Assembly (NCBI RefSeq): GCF_006345805.1
Contig: NC_042999.1
Location: 43,214,001 to 43,278,000 of the forward strand
From: Octopus sinensis
Lineage: Eukaryota
Reading direction: 5' to 3'
DNA: 64,000 nucleotides
Position numbers and translations under genes: made by a program. This document shows positions 38,750-49,490 of this stretch, in pieces (position 1 is the stretch's first letter; each line of letters opens with the position of its first letter). Under the pieces are notes generated by a model, which saw only the letters and a program-made list of their open reading frames with translations, searched no databases and was not told where the DNA came from.

Positions 38750-38885
38750 TTTATTATTATTATTATTACTATTATTATTACTATTACTATTATTATCATT
38801 ACTATTACTATTATTACTATTACTATTATTACTATTACTATTATTACTATTATTATTATTACTATTATTATTATTATTATTATTG
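38750..38885. repeat. (TAT/TAC)n trinucleotide tract
   Basis: Direct inspection; source of the poly-Tyr/poly-Ile ORFs. Confidence 0.95.
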
Positions 38886-40778
38886 CTTCTAATTTAAATA
38901 TAAAGCCAGCAATTCTTGAGACAATAGGGTTAGCCAATGCTATGGACTCCAGTATTTATTTTATCAACTTACTAAAAGGATGAAAGGCAAAGTAAATAGT
39001 TAAACAATATAAAATAAAAACAAATGAAGGGCACACATCTGAGGCTCACACTCAGAGGGGAGCCTCTACAACCTGTTGCAAAATAGCAGTAAAACATTCT
39101 TTAAAATAACAGCCAAGAAAGGATATACTAGATAATATAGACTACATTAACAGCTGTAACGCCTTTGATCATATAAGCATGCCTAATCAAAGCTGACCTA
39201 GGTTAAACAACAATAAGGCTACAGTGAAAGCTGCTCTTCCATGTAACACCTACATTTCTAAATAAAAAGAAGAAAAAAGAAAGAAAGGAAGAACTTGCAT
39301 GATAATCAACATAGCATGCCCTGATGACAGCAGGATCACAGAGAAAGAAAAACTGATCAACTACAATTTAAAGTGGGGAAATACAAAGGTTGTAGTCAAT
39401 GAGGAAAGCAGATAGGATACCGATAGTAATTGGCACACTTGGAAGTATCAGCATTCAACTACCAGCATGGCTCAAAAAGATTGGTGCAAATATAAAGGTA
39501 GAACACCTACAAAAACCAGCATTTTCTTGGAACTGTAAGAATTATTCACAAGGTTCTTGAAGCATGGCCAGTAAACAAGTGTCACCTTAGTCGTCTGCTG
39601 GCTGTGCAAGCTGACACACTTCATCATACCCAACAAAATGAGCTGAGAAATTTCATCAAATAACAATAATAATAATAATAATAATAAAAATACATATTTT
39701 ATCTATGAATTTGCGTGTGTAATCTGGGAATGCATACAATGAGCTTCTCTGCCCTAGGTGTATGGAAAACACTCGGCAAGAAACAGAAGAAAATTTGAAG
39801 AAAGAAGGAAAAAAACATAATAATAATAATAATCCTTTCTACTATACACAAAGAACTGAAATTTTGAGGGGAAGGAGTTAGTCAATTTCACAAACCCAGT
39901 GCTTAAGCGGTACTTATTTTATCGGTCCCAAAAAGATAAAAAGCAAAAGTTTTGTTTTGCTTTAAAAATAATGTAAAAAAAATAAATGAAATAAATAAAT
40001 AAATAGGACCCCACTGATTCAAACTGAGATATATATTAATCATTAGGGTTGGATCCCTCCACCAGTAGCAGAATGGTATATAATGGACAACACTTAGAAG
40101 AAAGAAATCCAGGTGCATAAGGTCAGTTATGCCATCCATTCACATAACGTAGATAAGTAAAAGCAAAGTAACTGGCACACACACAAAATAAATGTGTGTG
40201 TGTGTGTACACTTGCTCACTAAAAGTAGTCCAATAGAAAAGCAAAACTAGTAAATTGTTTAGCACATATGCATACATAACACTGCATCCCTCATACATAA
40301 AAACCAAACCATGTACTGCATGTAAAAATAAACCCAAAATACACACAATAGAAAAAAAATGTTACACTCAGGCGTGTGTATGCGCATACACACACACACT
40401 GTATTATATTCTTCATTAAGAGTGGAAGGCAAAATAAAGTAAATATCCTTCAAATTTGAACTCAATACATAACACAAAAACAGTTTATATATATATATAT
40501 AATCCCCACATGTACGTGCATTTGTGTATACTATGTATGCACAAGAAAATATGTGACCTGGTAGTAAGAAGCTTGTTTCATGGCTTCAGGTTCAGTCCTA
40601 CTGTGTGACACCTTGGGCAAGTGTCTTTTACTTATTGCCTCAGGCCAAAGCCTATATCCACGTGTGCATATTTACATATATAAACACACACATATATACG
40701 CGTGCACATATACATGCACACATGCATATATATATACACACACACACACACACACCATATATGAAAAGTAAATATATA

Positions 40779-41470
40779 GGTGCAGGAGTGGCTGTGTGGT
40801 AAGTAGCTTGCTTAACAACCATATGGTTCTGGGTTCAATCCCACTGCGTGGAACCTTGGGCAAGTGTCTTCTACTATAGCCTCGGGGCGACCAAAGCCTT
40901 GTGAGTGGATTTGGTAGATGGAAACTGAAAGAAGCCCGTCTTATGTATATGTGTGTGTATGTTTGTGTATCTGTGTTTGTACTCCCCCACCAACCGATGC
41001 TGGAGTGTTTGCGTCCCCGTAAATTGGCGGTTCGGTGGAAGAGACCGATAGAATAAGTGGAATGGAAGCACTCCGTCGGTTACGACGATGAGGGTTCCGG
41101 TTGATCCGAATCAACGGAACAACCTGCTCGTGAAATTAACGTGTAAGTGGCTGAGCACTCCACAGACATGTGCACCCATAACGTAGTTCTAGGGGATATT
41201 CAGCATGACACAGAGAGTGACAAGGCCGGCCCCTTGAAATACAGGTACAACAGAAACAGTAAGTAAGAGTGAGAGAAAGTTGTGGTGAAAGAGTACAGCA
41301 GGGATCACCACCATCCCCTGCCGGAGCCTCGTGGAGCTTTTTTAGTTGTTTTCGCTCAATAAACACTCACAACGCCCGGTAGAATAAGTAGTAGGCTTAC
41401 AAAGAACAAGTCCTGGGGTAATTTGCTCGACTAAAAGCGATGCTCCAGCATGGCCGCAGTCAATATAAAA
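40779..41470 (+). mobile_element. Family 1 SINE interrupted by a 5'-truncated family 3 SINE (41059-41379, minus)
   Basis: 10-bp TSD TAGAATAAGT at 41049-58 and 41380-89. Confidence 0.88.
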
Positions 41471-41625
41471 AAATACATACTGCTCTAACACACACACACA
41501 GTCAAGTGAAATTTAATGGCACACATAGAAAAGACACACATATGATTCAAGGTTACTGCGAAAGCAGCCTAAAAATTCTATGACAAGGACCATCAATATG
41601 ACCTAGTAAAATAGAGACTAGTGAG

Positions 41626-41639
41626 ATTACCATGGCAAC
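41626..41639. promoter_or_regulatory. RFX X-box-like site in non-repetitive sequence
   Basis: ATTACCATGGCAAC, one mismatch to GTTRCCATGGYAAC. Confidence 0.35.
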
Positions 41640-42021
41640 TACACAATCAAGTACCAAAAGAAGTGGCAATAAGGTGGTGGTGGTGGTGGTGGCGGCGGTA
41701 GTAGGATGCAGAGGAAGGGTGACGACTGTCTGTGTAAGATGACTACTTGGTATTTTAAACTGAAAGTGTGAGCGGTATGGGTGGGGGGCAAGAGAGGGAG
41801 AAAGAGCACAGCAGGAAGGGGAGAGAATTATTGAGAACAAAACAATGAGTTACTAGAGAGAAAAATTTGAATATCAGGACAAATGTACATCAGGCACACA
41901 TACACACACACACACACATGTATAGATAACAGCAAACATACACATAAGTACGTATATACCAACGACGTGCATATATTATTTAACACGCACGTGTGTGTAT
42001 ACAAATATGTATTTATATAGA

Positions 42022-42183
42022 GGCGCAGGAGTGGCTGTGTAGTAAGTAGCTTGCTAACCAACCACATGGTTCTGGGTTCAGTCCCACTGCGTAGCATCTT
42101 GGGCAAGTGTCTTCTGCTATAGATACGGGCCGACCAATGCCTTGTGAGTGGATTTGGTAGACGGAAACTGAAAGAAGCCTGTC

Positions 42184-42231
<48 letters not shown>

Positions 42232-42442
42232 CGGTGTTTGTCCCCCTAGCATTGCTTGACAACCGATGCTGGTGTGTTTATGTTCCCGTTACTTAGCGGT
42301 TCGGCAAAAAAGAGACCGATAGAATAAGTACTGGGCTTACAAAAGAATAAGTCCCGGGGTCGAGTTGCTCGATTAAAGGCGGTGCTCCAGCATGGCCGCA
42401 GTCAAATGACTGAAACAAGTAAAAGAGTAAAAGAGAAAAGAG
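42022..42442 (+). mobile_element. Full-length young copy of the dominant tRNA-derived SINE (family 1)
   Basis: A-box-like TGGCTGTGTAGTAAG, B-box-like GGGTTCAGTCCC, CORE-like CTTGGGCAAGTGTCTT, internal (TA)n(TG)n, body ..GCTCCAGCATGGCCGCAGTCAAATGACTGAAACAAG and a GAGTAAAA-repeat tail. Other copies: 1-175+, 2846-3085+, 7787-8182-, 10013-10160+, 10235-10385-, 19440-19740-, 26740-27080+, 27895-28912-, 30440-30720+, 33731-34150+, 37560-37930-, 40779-41470+, 46510-46900-, 61010-61220+, 63455-63885-. Confidence 0.92.
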
Positions 42443-42639
42443 AGATATATACACATGTGCTTGCACACATGTATACATATGCAACACACATAGGAATATT
42501 TTACACATAGTACAAATACATACACTGCACACACACACACATAGATACATGTATATACATATACTGCGTACTCACACACACACACATACATACATCTGCA
42601 CACACACACACACAGTTGCAAGCACAGATATGATAACTC

Positions 42640-42850
42640 GTAGACAGGCCAGTGAGGGAGTCTTCAACTAAGTAGTTCGACCTACTAAAATTAGCAGCCA
42701 AATCTTCCTCAAATTATACCCTTTACCTTCTTTAAAAAAAAAAAGGATATATTAAGTCCTAGATATTTCTGAAAGGAAGTGTCATGACTGGAACGTTTTT
42801 GATCGAGGATTTGCTCAATAAGGACTGCCCTGGGCTAAATGACAACATAC
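42640..42850 (+). mobile_element. Old abundant (AAC)n-tailed retroposon family (example copy)
   Basis: Motifs ctagaaatagcagccaaatct.cctcaaatcacacc..ggaatgtctttgatcataggtctgc..ggggctaaacaacaac recur at ~8370, 12790, 16900, 17090, 19860, 35990 and 39050, and inverted at ~51000, 51600, 58480, 61280 and 61840. Confidence 0.7.
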
Positions 42851-43002
42851 AACACTGTTACGTATATATGTATATGTATGGAGGTGTGTGCATATGTAAA
42901 AACTGTACATAGATGCATGTGTGTGTATATATTAAATAATGTATGTAGAAATGTGTGTGTAAAAAGTATACGGATATGTCTGTGTCTAAAAATTGTACGT
43001 AG

Positions 43003-43037
<35 letters not shown>

Positions 43038-43622
43038 AAATGTATGTAAATGTGTGTGTGAAATATGTAGGTATGTAGATATGCGTATGTGTTGATTATA
43101 TCTAGAATTGTGAACAAATAAAAAAAAAACAACAACAAAGCGATTAAAGATGTCTACGTGTGTGTATTACAAACACACACACACACACACACATACATAC
43201 ATACAGTCTACACAGGTTTGTGGAGTTAACAGGTGTGAGTGCAAAGGGTGAGCGTGACCATAAGTACATGATAATGGTCGTAATTGTATTAATGTGATTT
43301 AAGTACACAAGTTCCTGTATTACTGACCACAAATACACTTTTGCCAGCCTACAACATGTTTATATATATATATTTACGATGTACACAGGAAATTTTAAAC
43401 CGTTCCATGTAAATAAGTACAATTTTTGCTATATAATAAGCTCAAAGCTTAGAGGCGCAAGCATGGCTGAGCAGTGAGAATTTCTGCTTCCCGACCGCGT
43501 GGGTCTTGAGTTCAGTCCCACCATGTGACACCTTGGGCAAGTGTCTTCTACTATAGACCCGGGCCGACGAAAGCCTTGTGAGTTGATTTGGTAGACGGAA
43601 ACTGAAAGCAGCCTGACTCATA

Positions 43623-43662
<40 letters not shown>

Positions 43663-43874
43663 AAGTTAATCAAAACAAGAAAGCACAAAAAAACACAACA
43701 ACGCGAGGACGTGGAACAATTATATTATTATTATTATTATAATAATAGGAAAGAAGGAGAGTTTAACGTTTCGAGCGGAGCTCTTCGTTGGAAACATAGG
43801 AGAAGGAAAGATCCAGAGAAGGGAAGACAGAGGGGAAAAAAATCGCCAACGGTACACACGCGGTCACATTTTGA
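43663..43874 (-). mobile_element. Second Penelope-like fragment with a degenerate hammerhead-like motif, inserted in the (TA)n of a SINE
   Basis: Minus strand reads GUUU-CCAACGA-A-GAGC(UCC)GCUC-GAAAC-GUU-AAAC (43795-43761). It has a U-rich 3' end and (TA)n on both sides. Confidence 0.6.
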
Positions 43875-45619
43875 ATATATATATATACACATACACACAT
43901 ACATGCATGTGTGTGTACACACATATTGATGTATTATCGCATGTGTATATGTGTGTTTACATGTATGTATGTATGTATACAAACACCCACACGTGTGTGT
44001 GCACGTGCATGCGTATGTATGTTTGTTTTAATGTATCCCAGCCCTGACTTCATGTGATAGCTGTAAACAAATGTCACCGTCGTGAGAGCGACGTCCTTCA
44101 TTCCCAATCTTCTATCATGGGGAATACCACTTTATTGGGAAACAGGTGGAGGTTGGTAACACGAAGGCCATCCGTCTGTAGAGAAATCTGCCTCAACTAA
44201 TTCCCTCCGAATCATGCCAGCTTGGAAAAGTGGACATTAAGATGACGTTGATGATGATGATGATAACGCCCTATATTGGAATAGAGCAGTCAGTACATGA
44301 CAGTTACTTACTTCACCTACAAATCTCCCACTACCGAGGAAAGGAAAGATAAGGTCAATGGTGAAATCAAGATCTGAATTCAGAATATAAAAGGGGATAC
44401 AACTAAATACTGCAAGGTATTTAGTGAGGGCACACTGTGTGTTCTATTTCTCCTGTTTGTTAAAAAACACACACAAACATGCAATTATGTTCTCAGTCAG
44501 AACTTTCCCCATCATGAGCTTTGAGCTGTTCATTCAAGTGAACTACCAAGTTCATTGAATAAGAGTCTAAATGGCAGTCTTCTATAGATACATGTATCAT
44601 AATAACTCACAGGTGGAATAAACATGGGACAGTGTGTAAATGGTTTGGACCATTAAATTACAGGTACAATCCATTTAGCAGGCTTCCTTGCAGTTTCTAT
44701 TTACCCAATTGCACTCACTCAGTATGACTTCACCCAGATATACTCAAAGTATGTTTACCCAAGCTGCCAAGCAATGATGGAAACAAACCCTGAACTTTGT
44801 GACTGAAATGTAAATTTCTTAATCATTCAGCTATGCTGTGACTTCTGGTTCTTTTCTATGTACACTCAGCTTCTATTTTACAAATTTCACCCACCAGACA
44901 TCACTCAGCCTGATCAAAGTGATGCACAGTAGGATCAAACTCAGAATTATGCAATCACAAAGCTAACTTCTAAACCGCACAGCAGTACTCGTGTGTAAAT
45001 AAACATTAAAATTCATGAGCAACTAACACACTAGAAAGTAATATAACATATATATATATATATATATACATGGAACAAGCGAGCAAGATTTGGTCCTCTG
45101 ACCTGTTTAGGAGAGCAATAAGAACTGACTCGGATGATGGCAACATTTCAATGGTAGCATGAACAGGAGATTTAACGAAGTTAATGGTGATGGTGATTGG
45201 TGGTTTATGTAAGTGCCAAAAAAGCTTCCAACAAATTTGTACAGCAATAAAAGATGTGTGATATAACAACAGCCATGCCCATCCCAGATTAATTTCCAAT
45301 GCATATCACTCATCACTAACTAAATATTAAAAAGAACCTGTATATTCGCAACCAGCCCCGAGCATTTTGTTGTACCTCAAGGTAGAAATCTTTTAATTAC
45401 CTCAATCAAGTTTCGTTAACATCATGGCTATTTGCTTAGTTTATAGATACTACACTTATTTTTAATTAGCCTCTTTGATTACTTTGACTAGTTGAGTGCA
45501 AGAGGCAGGAGTTTGAGATAGTATAGCTAACTCCTTCTTTGGAATAGGCTAGAACCCTACCCTGAGGGGAAGATTTCATCTTATCTCTGTAAGTGGGGTC
45601 AGAAAACAATATTTTACAG

Positions 45620-46257
45620 AAGTGGTTCACAATCTTTTTTTTAGCTAAGGACCCTCTTGATTGCTATTTTACTTGGTGGACCCCCCCCCCCCTAGCTATT
45701 CAATGATTCAAAACAAGTTTAAAGATACTTCTTTTGAAATTCCTATTATGTTTTCCACACATTAATTTGTGTAGGTTGAACTATGTAAAACGTTAGAGAA
45801 AGAAATCTTGTTTGTAGCAAAATAAATACATCAGAATCAAAATTTTTCATGGATACTTAATACAGGATTGTAGGTCTCCTATGTACTTTTTGGCTTGCAT
45901 GGGCCACCAAGAATCTTATATGTTTGTTCCTTCTCAAGCCATGCCTGGCTCATAGGGCCGATTTCTCGGTTTCCTTGGCGTATAGGTTCCCCACCTGGAT
46001 GGGACACTGGTCCGTCGCAGATGAGTTGCAAGATGCATGAGGAAAGATTGAGAGAAAGTTGTGGCGAAAGAGTCAGCAGAAGTTCACCATTACCCTCTGC
46101 CGGAGCCGCGTGGAGCTTAGGTGTTTCGCTCATAAACACACACATCGCCTGGTCTGAGATTCGAACCCACGATCCCTCGACCGCGAGTCCACTGCTCTAG
46201 CCACTAGGCCATGTGTTTCCACAAGAATCTTATACAGACCCCGGTTAAAATACACTG
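45620..46257. mobile_element. Same hAT MITE family in opposite orientation, with a SINE nested at 45921-46222; a further old copy at ~51871-52074
   Basis: Internal sequence is the reverse complement of 61620-61700. Flanks are TTTTACAG (45612-19) and CTTTACAG (46258-65), a 7/8 TSD. Confidence 0.82.
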
Positions 46258-47018
46258 CTTTACAGTGTGACAGGATTAATTATCTTCATTATACATCAAC
46301 CTTTTGCATGCAAGCACAGGTCAAACAAGTCTTTGCTAACACAATACCATGGCATATATTGCAGATGTTTGTCATCTCAGTCATAAGGTTTAGTTTTTTG
46401 GGGATCAGCTTACATCACTTCTTCAGTCTTCCTTCTCTGCATGATCCTCCACTTGGATTAGTATTACCTAAATAGTCCTTTTCCACACTCATACCAAAGT
46501 GTGAAACACACACACCTTTTACTTCTTTCAGTTACTGGACTGTGGGCATGCTGGAACACTGGCTTCAAGGGTTTTAGTTAAACAAATCAATCCCAGTGCC
46601 AGTGTTTCCTTTTTCTTTTCTTAAGTCTGGTACATATTCTATCAGTCTCTTTTGCTAACCCACTAAGTAACAAGAATGTAGACAAACACCAGTTGACAAG
46701 TGGTGGGGTACAAGTGACAAACACACACACACACACACACACGCAATGGGTTTCCACACAATTTCCACCGACCAAATTCACTGCCAAAGTAGGTATTGAT
46801 TGGCAGAGAAGAGATACCTACATAGAATGCTATGTAGTAGGACTGAACCTGAGATCGCCTGCTCTCAAAGCAAGCTTCTTAACCACAACCATACGTACAC
46901 CTAAACATACACTGAAGCTACATATGAATGCAATGTATACATCAACCATGTCATTATGCAAAGATTACCGGAAAAAACAGAGATATGTAATTAATGCCCA
47001 CACTTCTAACAATGGTAG

Positions 47019-47058
<40 letters not shown>

Positions 47059-47443
47059 GCGTGGGTGTGTGTGTGCTGTGTACACAATTGCAATTAACAT
47101 GTAAAGCTACCACAGAATGGATAATTAATGACATGAGGAGTGTAAGCGTGAATACCGAGGACAATGGTTGATGATACACAGATGGTGTGCAAACACCCAT
47201 GTCAAGCTCAATAGACCTGGCAAACTACTGGTTTTTTTTACTTAAAACTCCTCAGCTTAGCACTTCCATACACGGGTAGCCATACATTTATCTCTCTCTC
47301 TGTATGTATATACACACGCAATTTATATAATTATACATATACACATACATATAGACACACACACACACACACATATATATACATACACTTATACATATGT
47401 AGATATACATATATATATACTTATACACACACACACACATATA

Positions 47444-47527
<84 letters not shown>

Positions 47528-47838
47528 CATACATGTAAATACACATGTATATAAATACATATATATACATATATATATAAAAACATGTATATAAATACAT
47601 ATATATATATATATGTATATAAATATATATATATACATACATGTAAATACACATGTATATAAATACATATATATACATATATATATACATATATATATAC
47701 ACACATACATAAACAAGCATACATATATATACACACATATACATATACACATATTTATACATACATATATATACACACATATATATACACATACACACAC
47801 ATATATATATATATACACATACATATATATATACATAT

Positions 47839-47879
<41 letters not shown>

Positions 47880-48321
47880 TATTGAGAGAGAGACATGTTT
47901 TCTTGAATGAAACAAAATGCTTTTTGTTAAAAATCACTGCTATAATAAAATGTGTTGACACACAACTTTTAAAACTTGTGTAATTTAATGCACATACTTC
48001 TAACAATGGTGTGTGTGTGTGTGTTATGTATGATATTGCAATTAACATGGAAAGTTACCAGCGAAGACTTTTAAAACCTTTGAGTAATTTATTCTAAGCA
48101 GCCTTACAATGTTCTCCCGTGCACGCATGAACAGTTATTATTTGACACCATGAGATTCTCCGGTGGGAAGAGAACGTGTTTAACCCTTTACTATTTAGAT
48201 TACTCGGACAAATGTGATGCTTATTTATTAACACTGTTTTGCATTAATCATGCACTTTGTCATAGCTTCGAGATTTCAATGGTGAGATATTGTCTATGTT
48301 TAGAATGACATTGTAGGGTAG

Positions 48322-48445
48322 AGGGACTGGCACAGGGTCGCCAGCAATGGAGAGCACTGGTAAACCTGGTCAACCCTACACACAATATCTCAAGGAACAC
48401 TAAACTAGGATGTCCCCAGCTTCATCAAGCAAAAGCAAGAAGCAA
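48322..48445 (+). mobile_element. Very short RTE-like 3' end inserted into a piggyBac-like MITE
   Basis: 14-bp TSD ACATTGTAGGGTAG (48308-21, 48446-59). It encodes GLAQGRQQWRALVNL and ends in AAGC-type repeats. Confidence 0.78.
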
Positions 48446-48594
48446 ACATTGTAGGGTAGGTGTGAGAAGCCGGATCTGGTCACTTTGGACATAAAAACAA
48501 TAGAATATTTGGCTGGATATGGCCAGTTCAAATGGTAGAGTTAAGCACATCCACCTTTCAAAAAGTGGAAGGACTCAATTTTGCCTCGTTTTAA

Positions 48595-48888
48595 CCCCTT
48601 ACCCGGCAGAAACGAATATATGCGTTTTGACCGAAATCGTTTTTTTCTATCTCTAGCGAGTTAACTCGTCAAAAGATAGACTCGCCAAAATCGACAGCAA
48701 ACGAGTTCCTTCATCTATTATAAACTCTTTTTTGACATATACGAGTATATTCGCTCACTTTATACGTCTGGCAGTGACGATTTCTGCCACCTTTCGCTTG
48801 AGTAAGGCATTGAAGACCGAGTATGATTTAGTCACAAAATATGTCTGAAAAAATAGATTTAATTTCAAAATAATTGTTGGGTAAGGGG
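48595..48888. mobile_element. piggyBac-like MITE, young (CpG-rich)
   Basis: TTAA(48591-94)-CCCCTTACCC ... GGGTAAGGGG-TTAA(48889-92). Confidence 0.88.
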
Positions 48889-49426
48889 TTAACCATTAAA
48901 TATTTTTTTGGCCCATTAAAATTCAGTACACAGGTCATTTTTATCTTATCATATATGCTGTTGATGACTTATAATTACCTGGGCCCCTTAACGAGAAAAC
49001 TGATCCGTTATTTTTCTGCCACAAATGTTTTGTTATGGCAAAGTATTAAATTCAGTGTCACTACACAGAACTTTGGGAAAGTTTCCTCTGATGTTACTTC
49101 AGACCAACCATTGTCTTTTGAGCAGAATTTGACAAACTGCAAGGAAGCCGGTCATATATGTATGCACATGTGGCAGCACATGCATGGATGTTCACATTAA
49201 CACACATATCAAAGCATAAAACAAAAACGATGGTGACATTTGCTGACATTCCATGCAAATGCATCTAGCCACAGCTCTCTGTTTTTGAAGGTGAGGGGAA
49301 TGAAAAACAAAAAAAAATCCAAATCCAAACAGAAGTCAAGATTAATGATAGAAAGTGTATCTGACTATAAAACAACACCTGAATATGTATTAGTTCAACC
49401 TATGCCAGAAGATGGATGTTAAACAA

Positions 49427-49490
<64 letters not shown>

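Noticed and set aside
38617-38937. Poly-Tyr / poly-Ile ORFs
   Set aside because: (TAT/TAC)n repeat artefact.
46140-46222. tRNA-like sequence with a perfect B-box (also heads at 4972, 42022, 53433)
   Set aside because: No acceptor stem; it continues into a SINE body and is bounded by TSDs, so it is a SINE head rather than a tRNA gene.
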